Made by a program: the position numbers and the translations under genes
Shown here: positions 11,898-22,838 of the stretch, piece by piece
Position numbering within the stretch: the first letter of the stretch is position 1
How the letters are laid out: every line of letters starts with the position of its first letter
The notes under the pieces: generated by a model
Databases searched by the model: none
Seen by the model: only the letters and a program-made list of their open reading frames with translations
What the model was told of the DNA's origin: nothing
From: Centroscyllium fabricii
Lineage: Eukaryota
NCBI GenBank assembly: GCA_051313645.2
Contig: JBNRSN020000012.1
Span: 32,488,001-32,552,000, forward strand
Direction: 5' to 3'
DNA length: 64,000 nucleotides

Positions 11898-13724
11898 TTT
11901 ATTCATTTATGGGATGTGAGCATCACTGGCGAGGCTAGCATTTATTGACCATCCCTAATTGCCCTTGAGAAGGTAATGGTGAGCCACTGCCTTGAACCAC
12001 TGCAATCCTTGTGGTGAAGGTCTTACTATAGTTTCCTGTAGCGGTTTGATACTAAGTTGCTTGGTATGCCATTTCAGAGGCAGTTAAGAGTCAACCACAT
12101 TGACATTGGTAGTGGGGAAAATGCTAGAGTCCATTATAAAAGATATAATAGCTGAGCACTTGGAAAATAGTGACCGGATCGGACAAAGTCAACATGGAAA
12201 TACAAAAGGTAAATCGTGCTTGACTAATCTACTGGATATTTTTGAGGATGTAACTGGTAAAATAGATAAGGGAGAACCAGTGGATGTGGTATACTTGGAT
12301 TTTCAAAAGGCTTTCGATAAGGGACCGCATAAGTGATTAGCGTGTAAAGTTAAGGCACATGGGATTGGGGACAAGGTATTGACTTGGATAGAGAACTGGT
12401 TGGCAGACAGAAAGCAAAGAGTTGGAACAAACGGCTCTTTTTCCAAGTGGGAGGCAATAACTAGTGGGGTACCGCAGGGATCGGTCCTTGGTCCCCAGCT
12501 ATTCACAATATATATTCATGATCTGGACGAGGGAACTAGATGGAATAGCTCCAAGTTTGCAGACAACACAAAGCTGGGTGGGCATGTGTGCTGTGAAGAG
12601 GATGCCGAGAAACTCCAGTATGATTTGGACAGGTTGGGTGATTGGACAGAAGCATGGCAGATGCAATATAACGTGGATAAATGCGAGGTTATTCACTTTG
12701 GTGTCAAAACAAGAAGGCAGATTATTATCTGAATGGCAATAGATTGGGAGTAGAAGAAGTGCAAGGAGACCTGGGTGTTCTTGTGCACCAGTCGCTGAAG
12801 GTAAGCATGCAGGTGCAGCAGGCGGTTAAGAAGGCAAATAGTATGTTGGCCTTCGTAGTGAGAGGGTTTGAGTACAGGAACAAGGATGTCCTGCTGCAGT
12901 TGTAGAGGGCCTTGGTGAGACCACATCTTGAATATTGTGTGCAGTTTTGGTCGCCTTATCTAAGGAAGGGTGTTCTTGCCATGGAAGGAGTACAGCGAAA
13001 ATTCACCAGGCTGATACCTGGGATGGCAGGAATGATGTATGAGGAGAGATTGGGTCGATTGGGCTTGTACTCGCTGGAGTTTAGAAGAATGAGAGAGGAT
13101 CTCATTGAAACTTATAAAATTCTAACAGGACTGGACAGACTAGATGCAGGAAGGATGTTCCCGATGGTTGGGGAGTCCAGAACCAGGGGTCACAGTCTAA
13201 GGATAAGGGGTAAGCCATTTAGGACAGAGATGAGGAGGAATTTCTTCACCCAGAGAGTCATGAACCTGTAGAATTCTCTACCACAGAAGGCAGTAGAGGC
13301 CAATTCATTAAATATATTCAAGAAGGAGTTGCATATATTTCTTAAGGCTAAAGGGATCAAGGGATGTGGGGAGAAGGCAGGTACGGGGTACTGGATTTGG
13401 CTGATCAGCCATGATCTCATCGAATGGCGGAGCAGGCTCGAGGGGCCGAATGGCCTACTCCTGTTCCTATCGTCTATGTTTCTATTGCTGTGGGTCTGGA
13501 GTCACATATAGGCCAGACCAGGTAAGGACAGCAGATTTCCTTCCCTGAAGGACATTAGTGAACCAGATGGACTTTTACGTCAATCTGGTAGTTTCATTGT
13601 CACTATTACTGATACTAGCTTTTTATTCCAGATTTATTTAATTAACTGATTTTTTTAATTCCCCAGCTGCGTGGATTTAAACTCATGTATCTGGATCATC
13701 AGTCCAGGCCTCTCGATTACTGGT
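11898..13724 (-). mobile_element. tRNA-like SINE whose 3' tail matches the LINE at 1711-2978; split by CR1 into 11898-12102 and 13486-13724
   Basis: The tail (minus strand) GGCTCACCATTACCTTCTCAAGGGCAATTAGGGATGG...GATGCTCACATCCCAT matches 2486-2970. The body joins across the CR1 as CAACCACATTG|CTGTGGGTCTGGAGTCAC. Confidence 0.6.
12103..13484 (+). mobile_element. 5'-truncated CR1 LINE (degenerate RT to 3' tail)
   Basis: YLDFQKAFDK, GVPQGSVLGP, FADN, RPHLEYCVQFWSP with stops and frameshifts; same family as 7576-9309. Confidence 0.93.
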
Positions 13725-13742
13725 CTGTGTGTGTGTGTGTGT
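13725..13742. repeat. (TG)n microsatellite at the SINE 5' edge
   Basis: Direct reading. Confidence 0.85.
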
Positions 13743-15591
13743 AGCTAAGCCTAGTTTATAAAGTATGATTTTATCTATTCCTCTCCACAAACCAGATGTT
13801 AGCGTGTCGTATAATTGACGTGTCAAAGAACCAGTCAATGGTGAATCTCTGGTTGGAAAGCTTCAGATAGGAACAATCAGTTTAGAGGGGCGGTGCTTAT
13901 CGAGGTTGATGGGGTGGAGGAAGGTTATTATTAGTGTTAATAACATTTAATTTATCATTATTGAAGCGGGTTCCGGTTAGAAACCTTTTTATTTCAATAT
14001 GTTTCATATGAAACTTGTGACAGAGGCAGTTTAGTTTGTGGACTGTCTGGAAAGTCTCTACAGACCTCCAGGGGTCCGCGGACCCCAATTTAAGGACCAC
14101 TGCTTGAAAACACAGCATCTTCTATAGAGCAGACACAAGGCTGCCAGCTGTGAAATAAAATGTTATACCATAACTAAACCTGACCAGAAGCATTAAGGTT
14201 CTGTGTTCTGTTTACACTAAGGCTCCTTCTTTCAATGTTTTTGTGGGTCAAAACATTCAACCATGGTATTTGATTTTCATGTCTCCACAAACCAAAACTA
14301 TGCTTTAAAATAGCAATAAACTTAATAATCCCCAAGTATCCTTTAGCAAAAAACCTTTTCTCTCCAATATTAAATACCTCTTGTGCATAAGCTGCTTTCC
14401 AGTGCACAAAAGCTATTTATTTCCATATATGCTCTGTGACTCTTATATTGGCAGAGTTTTCAGAAACGTAGAAGCAATATAGGATACACATCAGAAGTGA
14501 GTGTTAACATAAAACAGACCGAGTAGCTTCGACCATATAATTCACAAGTACTACAGACAAAAGTGATACATTTTCTACCAGCCACAGCTACTAACCTGCA
14601 CTATATGCATTTTATATTTTTTAAAGCCCTCTTTCACAGAGATTTGGTGAATTCATTTTGTTTGCTGATACTACAGTACAAGGATGCAGAGTGATACACC
14701 TGATGGCATTGTGTTGTGTGATTTGAAATCTGGGGGAAACGTTTAAAGGGCAAAAAAATTAAAAAGGGAAAAAATATTAATTCTGTAAAAAAAAAACTAA
14801 TAGAAAGCCTTTGAAATGAACAGGATGTGCAGTCAAAATGGGAGATTTCTCAACAATTTGGTGAAACTGCTCATGTATTGATTTTATGGAAGCATAAACT
14901 AATGTGTGAGCTGCTGGTATATCTCAAACACATGCTGTATAAATCTCTGTAAACCATAAATGTTCGAAGATGTAGATTATGTTATTTACAATTTTATACC
15001 TCAGGCATTAAACATGTATTGCTGGTTGCATGTGTGACATCACAGCCCCACTGATTTTCACTACCATTGACAACTTGACCTTTGCAGCCATTCATTCTGA
15101 CCTACAGGCACATGTTTTAAGTATAGAAACAAAAGAAAGTGACAGGTTTTGATAGTCAATAAGGAGAAACTGTTTCCACTGGCAGGAGGGTCAGTCAGCA
15201 GAGGACACAGATTTAAGGTAATTGGCAAGAGAACCAGAGGGGAGATGAGGAGATTTTATTAACATAGCGAGTTGTTATGATCTGGAATGTATTACCTGAA
15301 AAGGTGGTGGAAGCGGATTCAATTGTATCTTTCAAAAGGGAATTGAATACATACTTAAAAAGGAAGAATCTGCAGGGCTACAGGGAAAGAGCAGGGGAGT
15401 GGGACAGATTTGATAGCTCTTTCAAAGTGTCAGCACAGACGTGAAGGGGTGAACTCCGCTTAGAATCATAGAATCACTACAGTGCAGATAGAGGCCATTT
15501 CAGCCCATCGAGCCTACACTGACACATATCCAACCCTATCCCTGTAACCCCACATATTTAATCCCCCTAACACTAAGGGTTAATTTATCCT

Positions 15592-15773
15592 TAATGTGGA
15601 GGTGCCGGTGTTGGACTGGGGTGGACAAATGCAAGAAGTCACACAACACCAGATTATAGTCCAACAGTTTTATTTTAAATCACAAGCTTTCGGAGCTTCT
15701 GCCCCTTCTTCAGGTGAAAGAAAGTTAAAATAAAACTGTTGGACTATAATCTGGTGTTGTGTGACTTCTTGCA
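15592..15773 (-). mobile_element. Penelope-like fold-back element, copy A
   Basis: TSD TTAATTTATCCT (15580-15591 / 15774-15785); inverted arms; shared tail CCAGTCCAACACCGGCACCTCCACAT. Confidence 0.75.
15679..15717 (-). ncRNA. Minimal type-I hammerhead ribozyme motif (copy A)
   Basis: UCAC-CUGAAGA-A-GGGGC-AGAA-GCUCC-GAAA-GC-UU-GUGA. Confidence 0.65.
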
Positions 15774-17430
15774 TTAATTTATCCTGGCCAATCAAACTAA
15801 CCCGCACATCTTTGGACTGTGGGAGGAAACCAGAGCACCCGGAGGAAACACACGCAGACACGGGGAGAATGTGCAAACTCCACACAGATAGTCACCCGAG
15901 GCCGGATTTGAACCCGGGCCCCTAGCGCTGTGAGGCAACAGTGCTAACCAGCATGCCACCGTGCCAGAGCTGGGGAGCGGGACAGATTTGATAGCTCTTT
16001 CAAAGTGTCAGCACAGGCGTGAAGGGGTGAACTCTGGTGCTGCATAATTCTAAAGTAAGGGCTGGTCAAGGGCTAGATTAAATATGTATGAGGTTCTCGG
16101 TGATCCAGAGCGCTTATGTGCAGAAAATATCATGTTTTATTTGTAAATCACTCCCATTCCAATTATTCAGTTAACAATAATGAACAAAATGAGTGCAAAT
16201 CTATAAAATGACTTGGATTTATCTTCCCTTGTCCAAATATTCACCTTTTCATTTTTTCCTTAACAGGATTTATAAATATTCTTAAAAAATATATAGATAA
16301 CTCCATTTTATATCAAGTGGAATCAACAAAGTAGCTTCAGGATCATTTAAATAATGTTGCTGTATTACTGCGGGTACCAGTTTGACGCCACTATCTGATG
16401 TATCATTAGCACTACTGCAGTGCAAGGCAATAGTTTTGAATAGGACAACCAGTTTGGCACTGTTATCACATCAAGGGAGAGCGGAGCACTTGTCTGAATG
16501 TGTACCTACACATGGTCTGTCAACCAGTTCCAAACGCTGGTGACATTTAAAAAATGTTAGCGACGAGCCAAAAATTCAGAAGCACAAATCAATACTGAAG
16601 AGGCTAACTTATACGACATATTTTGGATTGCTGCAAAGGTGAAACCCCTTCTCAGCAATAGATATGAATGTGCAATATAAGGGCATTATTGTACTATAGA
16701 TCTCAATATTTAAAGCAATTTGGGTCATCCTGAGGTCATGAAGAACACTATATAAATGCAAATTCTTTCTTTAGTGCTATCCATAAGTAGATCAGCAACT
16801 TGAATTCCAAGCCGATGAGCACCTGACACAATTTCAGTTCCGTGCAAAAGTGGTGGCATAAGGATGATGTTATTTCCGTTGGTTCCGTGTTGCTTTCATC
16901 TAGCAACAGAGGAGCTCTGCCAATGAATGCAACCGCTGACCGGCTAGTTAAACTTTAGTGTTCAAAGAGCCGAGGCTGCCTCCTAAATTAAATATATGCA
17001 AATTTAAGTGTAAAAATATCCAGTAGACCACCTGTGAAATTTATAAACATGATTTTGCACGCCACTGCAGTATCCCATGTGCAACTCAAGTGGTGTGATA
17101 CTGTGCGGAGCATCAGTCCTGTCAGATGTCAGCCTAGCTCCAGAGTTGCACTACAACTTCACGTTTGCATCATTTAAATGTTCTTCACATTGACTGTATA
17201 TTACTACTTTCCTGGTCTGAGACCAGTGGCGGCACAGTACAGAGAACAGCTGGCAGGATCCATTTACCCATGGCTGCAAATTCAACTCATGCATGTGTGT
17301 GCAAATTGGTACAGCTCTAATACCCCAGGCGGTAAATAATTAATCTTTTCTAAGTGTGAAGAGGAGTGGCTGTTTCCTCAAAACATTACAAAAAGACTCT
17401 ACAGTAAATGTATAAACTGCCCAGGAACAC

Positions 17431-17660
17431 CAATTACACAGAATGTACAGCACAGAAACAGGCCATTCGGTCCAACAGGTGTTAATGCTCCACACGAGCC
17501 TCCTCCCACCAACTGAATCGAATCCCATCAACATAACCTTCTATTCCTTTCCCCCTGGTGTAATTATCTAGCTTCCCCCGAAATGCAATCAACCACCATC
17601 CACATTTTAAGCCAGGCTTCATAGCGCAATGAACATAAGAAATAGGAGCAGGCGTGGGTC
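17431..17660 (-). mobile_element. CR1 3'-end fragments
   Basis: Tail-type sequences ACAGAATGTACAGCACAGAAACAGGCCATTCGGTCCAAC and GAACATAAGAAATAGGAGCAGG. Confidence 0.6.
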
Positions 17661-18041
17661 ATAGACATAGACATAGAAGATAGGAGCAAGAGTAGGCCAT
17701 TTGGCCCTTCGAGCCTGCTCCGCCATTCAACGAGATCATGGCTGATCATCCAAACCCAGCACCCCACCCCTGCCCTCTCCCCATATCCCTCGATCCCTAT
17801 CGAGCCTACACCGACCCACATATTCAATCCCCCTAACACTAAGGGTCAATTTATCCTGGCCAATCAACCTAACCCGCACATCTTTGGACTGTGGGAGGAA
17901 ACCGGAGCACCCGGAGGAAACCCACGCAGACACGGGGAGAATGTGCAAACTCCACACAGATAGTCACCCGAGGCCGGATTTGAACCCGGGTCTCCAGTGC
18001 TGTGAGGCAACAGTGCTAACCACTATGCCACCGTGCCGCCC
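17661..18041 (-). mobile_element. HE1-type V-SINE
   Basis: Near-identical to the copies at 2542 and 10633. Confidence 0.9.
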
Positions 18042-18076
18042 TATTCATTCAGCCCTTTGAGCCTGCACCTCCATTA

Positions 18077-18385
18077 AACAACAACAACAACTTGTATTTA
18101 TATAGTGCCTTTACCACAGTAAAACGTCCCAAGGTGCTGCACAGGAGTATTTTACGACAAAGAAATTTGACACCGATCCACATAAGGATGAATTAGGGCA
18201 GGTGACCAAAGGCTTGGCCAAAGAGGTAGGTTTTAAGGAGCGTCTTAAAGGAGGAGAGAGAGGTAGAGAGGCGGAGAGGTTTAGGCAGGGAATTCCAGAG
18301 CTTAGGGCCTTGGCACCAGAAGGCACGGCCACCAATGGTTGAGCGATTTATAATCAGTGATGCTCAAGAGGGCAGAATCAGAGGA
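18077..18385 (-). mobile_element. L2-type LINE 3' end
   Basis: Minus strand GAKALSSGIPCLNLSASL...SLKPTSL-like C-terminus and tail AAAGGCACTATATAAATACAAG(TTG)n, shared with the Deu-SINE tail. Confidence 0.7.
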
Positions 18386-18395
18386 TTCAATAAGA

Positions 18396-19197
18396 TCGAG
18401 TATTGTGTGCAGTTTTGGTCGCCTTATCTGAGGAAGGGTGTTCTTGCCATGGAGGGAGTGCAGCGAAGATTCACCAGGCTGATACCTGGGATGGCAGGAA
18501 TGACGTATGAGGAGAGATTGGGTCGATTGGGCTTATACTCACTGGAGTTTAGAAGATTGAGAGGGGATCTCATTGAAACTTATAAAATTCTGACAGGTCT
18601 GGACAGACTGGATGCAGGAAGGATGTTCCCGATGGTCGGGGAGTCCAGAACCAGGGGTCACAGTCTAAGGATAAGGGGTAAGCCATTTAGGACTGAGATG
18701 AGGAGGAATTTCTTCACCCAGAGAGTGGTGAGTCTGTGGAATTTGCTGCCTCAGCGAGCTGTGGAAGCTGGAACATTAAATAAATTTAAATAGACAGCTT
18801 TCTAGCTGATAAGGGAATAAGGGGTTACGGGGAGCGGGCAGGGAAGTGGACGTGAATCTAAGTTCGGATCAGCCATGATCCTATTAAATGGCGGAGCAGG
18901 CCCGAGGGGCCGTATGGCCGACTCCTGCTCCTACTTCTTATGAATTTCTTCACCCAGAGAGTGGTGAACCTGTGGAATTCTCTACCACAGAAGGCAGTGG
19001 AAGCCAGTTCATTAAATATAATCAAGAAGGAGTTGGATATATTCCTTAAGGCTAAAGGGATCAAGGTATATGGGGAGAAGGCAGGGAAAGGGTACTGAAT
19101 TTGGATGATCAGCCATGATCTCATTGAATGGCGGAGCAGGTTCGAGGGGCCAAATGGCCTACTCCTGCTCCTATCTTCTATGTTTCTATGTTTCTAT
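18396..19197 (+). mobile_element. CR1 3' fragment with a second CR1-subfamily tail nested at 18732-18941
   Basis: EYCVQFWSPYLRK...NFFTQRVV and two successive 3' tails. Confidence 0.88.
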
Positions 19198-19513
19198 CAC
19201 GGCTGATCTTCGATCTCAACTCCACTTTCCCACCCAATTCCCATATCCCTTGATTCCCCCAGAGTCCAAGAATCTATCTCCGTCTTGAATATACTCAACA
19301 ACTGGGGTAGAGAATTCCAAAGGTTCACAACCCTGCCCAGTGAAGAAATTCCTCTTCCTTTCCGTCCTAAATGGCCGATAAATACAAACTAAATGGAGTT
19401 TATACTCCACATGGTGCCAACCCCACCTGGTGTGAGGAGTCTTCCTTAGATGGCCCTCTCCGCTTGCTGGGCTTCAGTACATAGCGGAGTCAGGTGGGGA
19501 CCTCTCCTCTCTC

Positions 19514-19830
19514 TCTAGACTAGAACTAGGGGGCATAATCTAAGAATAAGGGGCTGCCCTTTCAAAACTGAGATGAGGAGAAACTTCTTCACTCAGAGGG
19601 TGGTAAATCTATGGAATTTGCTACCTCAGAGAGCTGTGGAAGCTGCAAAATTCAATAAATTTAAAATGGAGATAGACAGTTTCCTAGCTGATAAGGGAAT
19701 AAGGGGTTACGGGGAGCGGGCAGGGAAGTGGACGTGAGGCTATGTTCGGATCAGCCACGATCCTACTGAATGGCGGAGCAGGCCCGAGGGGCCGTATGGC
19801 CGACTCCTGCTCCTACTCCTACTTCTTATT
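19514..19830 (+). mobile_element. CR1 3' fragment (second subfamily) flanked by a ~240-bp direct duplication
   Basis: TRGHNLRIRGCPFKTEMRRNFFTQRVVNLWN and a tail nearly identical to 18790-18940. Confidence 0.85.
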
Positions 19831-19904
19831 AATCTATCTCCGCCTTGAATATTCTCAATGACTGGGGTAGAGAATTCCAAAGATTCACAACCCTGCCCAG
19901 TGAA

Positions 19905-20114
19905 CAAATGCAAGAAGTCACACAACACCAGGTTATAGTCCAACAGTTTTATTTTAAATCACAAACTTTCGGAGCGCTGCTCCTTCCTCAGGTGAAGTGG
20001 GAAGCAGCAGCGCTCCGAAAGCTTGTGATTTAAAATAAAACTGTTGGACTATAATCTGGTGTTGTGTGACTTCTTGCATTTGTCCACCCCAGTCCAACAC
20101 CGGCACCTCCACAT
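19905..20114 (+). mobile_element. Penelope-like fold-back element, copy B
   Basis: TSD CCTGCCCAGTGAA (19892-19904 / 20115-20127); the empty site is visible in the duplicate at ~19332-19344. Confidence 0.8.
19958..19995 (-). ncRNA. Minimal hammerhead ribozyme motif (copy B)
   Basis: UCAC-CUGAGGA-A-GGAGC-AGC-GCUCC-GAAA-GU-UU-GUGA. Confidence 0.55.
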
Positions 20115-20383
20115 CCTGCCCAGTGAAGAAATTCCTCTTCCTTTCCGTCCTAAATGGCCGATAAATATAAACGAAATGGAGTTTATACTCCACATGGTGC
20201 CAACCCCACCTGGTGTGAGGAGTCTTCTTTGGATGGTCCTCTCCGCTTGCTGGGCTCCAGTACATAGCGGAGTCAGGTGAGGACTTCTCTCTCTGGATTA
20301 TTGGCAGCCACTTTCGCCATTGTGCATGGGCGCAGAAAGGGCGTAAACGCGCCCACTGAGGCGGTGGGTGATTGCACCAATTA

Positions 20384-20552
20384 ACGGGGATAGGGTGGGA
20401 TATGTGTCGGTGCAGGCTCGATAGGGATGGAGGGATATGGGGACAGGGTGCTGGGTTTGGATGATCAGCCAAGATCTCATTGAATGGCGGAGCAGGCTCG
20501 AAGGGCCGAATGGCCTACTCCTGCTCCTATCTTCTATGTCTATCTTCTATGT
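20384..20552 (+). mobile_element. 5'-truncated HE1 SINE (tail only)
   Basis: Reverse complement of the HE1 tails at 2542-2715 and 10633-10805. Confidence 0.85.
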
Positions 20553-20639
20553 TAAATGCTACAAGTGGTGTATGTCTGGGTTTTGGTGGAGGGGTGGGGG
20601 TGCAATGAAATTTGGGTCCAGCTAAAATTAATTTCCCCC

Positions 20640-21140
20640 CCTCCCCCCAAACAAAGATGGCGAGCGAGACAGGAGAGCTCGAGCCTGAACTTCGGCGGTT
20701 GGGGGGCGCGCACGCGCCTGCAGCCGCTGGAGTTTAAAAGGCGGGAAGCAGCAGCGCGCGGCGACCTGGTGCGGAAATGGGGGCGGGGCGGTGGGGTGGT
20801 GGGCGGGGTTGGGCTGGTGCTGAGGGACGTCGAATGCGATTGGATAGTGGGCGCGTGCGGGAGAGGGAAGAGGGCGGGGCCTGTACACGTGGCTGGAGGG
20901 GGCCCCGCCCCCTGCCCCGCCCGGTGGCCCCCTGGGGAGCTGGAGCTGGGCTCCTGGTGCAGGTGGAAGGGGGCGGGGTCTTTGCACGCGGCTAGAGGGC
21001 GCCCCGCCCTCTGGTCCCGCCCCCACCCCCTGGCCCGCCCCTGGCCCCGCCCATAGCCCCCGGGGATCTGGAGCTGGGCTCCTGGTGCAGGTGGAAAGGT
21101 GGCCAAGCCGCGTGCTGCTTGCAGCCTGATCCTGGGCGAG
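20640..21140. promoter_or_regulatory. Orphan CpG-island-like segment with GC boxes and a 29-bp direct repeat
   Basis: Very GC/CpG-rich; many GGGCGG/CCGCCC; AAGATGGCG at 20654-20662; CTGGAGCTGGGCTCCTGGTGCAGGTGGAA at 20940 and 21068. Confidence 0.55.
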
Positions 21141-22159
21141 CAAGACTGCAATCCACCCATCTGCTGGCTGCTGTTTTCTTTTATTAAATGACACAATGCA
21201 TGCAAAAACGCTGAAACCTTTAACCCAATAACGATTTTAATATTTTCACGTCACTTTTGTTCATTGTTTCAACATTCAATCCGGATTCTTATTCTGCACC
21301 CCCTGACATACTTCCAACACAGTAAACTAGCTGCGCGTGTAATACAACGAAACGAGAGAGAGAGAGACATCGATCGCCGGTAAAGTTTTCTTCAGAATCG
21401 AGCGAAGAAAAAGAGAGGGGGGTGGGTGGTAATTGAAGAAAAGCGCACGTCGGGAATGGGAGAGGGAGTTATTGGGAGTAACCTCTCACCCGGAATCAGT
21501 GCCAGAGAGAAGCACCAGCGACTGTGAACAAGCACAGCAAGAAAACAAAATTACAACCAGCAACAAGACTGAGGATCAACGCAACATGCTTCCAACCAGC
21601 GCCAAGTGGGCACAACCCCTTTCGATTGCCTCGGCTGATATTACTTGCACTTTTTCTTTATCACAAATGCAATAAAAAAATATTGATCTGTACAACTGCA
21701 ATAGTTCTCAACATTCCATAATACATGCTAATTCTTATCACTAAATACTTATTTCCAATTTGTATGTGAACGTTCAAAGAAACTCTACATTTCATACGCA
21801 AACAAATCCTAAACATCACAGAGAAATACGCATTTATGCTTGATAAATGTATAATTGTGTTTGTGTTTTATAATTATTATTTATAACTATCGTCACAATA
21901 ATCATTTAAGTTGTTTTTTTTAAAAACTGGTCTACATTGTTGGACGTTTACTTGAAAGTGATCCTGACAATCGCAACCAGGCCAGGCTCTGAACATTTTC
22001 TCAATTTAACCACCAGACCCCGCAGAAAGAAAAAAAAAGCATTTACTGAGTAAGTTCCTAACTGGACGAGTTACTTTTGGAAAGTTGCGTACAGTAGAAT
22101 TGTGAATTGTGGCGGATAGCAAAGAATGACGATGCACGTTACAGTTTAAAATGTGTGTA

Positions 22160-22307
22160 AATGTAAATGAAATATGCAAATGAAATATACAAATATGCAA
22201 ATAAAATATACAAATGAAATATACAAATATGCAAATGAAATATACAATTGAAATATACAAATATGCAAATGAAATATACAAATATGCAAATGAAATATGC
22301 AAATGAA
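22160..22307 (+). repeat. AT-rich minisatellite containing six ATGCAAAT octamers
   Basis: Units GAAATAT(A/G)CAAAT / AT(A/G)CAAAT; ATGCAAAT at 22174, 22195, 22229, 22263, 22284 and 22297. Confidence 0.9.
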
Positions 22308-22838
22308 CGATATAATTACGACACTTTTCGAAGTAATGTAGTGGGAAATTAAGTTGAAATGTACACTTCCCTTTTGGTTTGCGTTCAGCTCGTCGTTTCC
22401 CAATCAGATAACCGTCGCACAAAATCTTCTTTTGGTGCTTCACAATCTTGCCTTAGCTGCTGGTTCTCCAATCGGTGTTTTATGGCAGTTTCTAAAATAA
22501 TGCAGTGATGTTTTTTGTTGCTCCCTTGTTTTACCTTCGGATCCTGCGGAGGAAATAATCTGGACAAATGACAACATACCGAAAGAGATGTATATATTTG
22601 AAACGCACGCATAAGAGGGATGGATGAAAGAGAAACCAGGTTCTTCGTGACAGGTCCGGTACTTGTTGGTAAACATTTGTAGGACTGCAATGCATGACTT
22701 TTCGAAATGAAGAGTTGGTTGGACGACCACACAAAGACAAGGCTGGGCCTTTGGAAATTTAAACATTATTAGTTCTCAAACACACAACCGTCGTGCATTC
22801 TAAAACATGCATTCGTTTTAACTACCTTTGTTGAACTT

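Larger units (their letters stand above)
11574..14102. mobile_element. Charlie-type hAT non-autonomous element with nested SINE and CR1
   Basis: TIRs CAGTGGTTCTCAAA / TTTAAGGACCACTG (12/14 match), GGACCCC subterminal motifs, degenerate 8-bp TSD CTTTAAAG / CTTGAAAA. Confidence 0.65.
15461..15965 (-). mobile_element. HE1-type V-SINE (alternative tail), interrupted by a Penelope-like hairpin
   Basis: Same head and V domain as the other copies; tail ends ...GCACTGTAGTGATTCTATGATTCTA. Confidence 0.88.
15140..16050 (+). mobile_element. Older CR1 3' fragment interrupted by an HE1 SINE
   Basis: Degenerate KLFPLAGGSVSRGHRFKVIGKRTRGEMRR-like coding sequence followed by a CR1 3' UTR. Confidence 0.75.

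Noticed and set aside
20552-21205. Overlapping Pro/Gly/Arg-rich ORFs of 166-217 aa
   Set aside because: Expected stop-codon depletion in GC-rich DNA; no recognisable domain.
22006-22443. ORFs with repeated HISFAYLY / ICIFHLH peptides
   Set aside because: Translation of the minisatellite.
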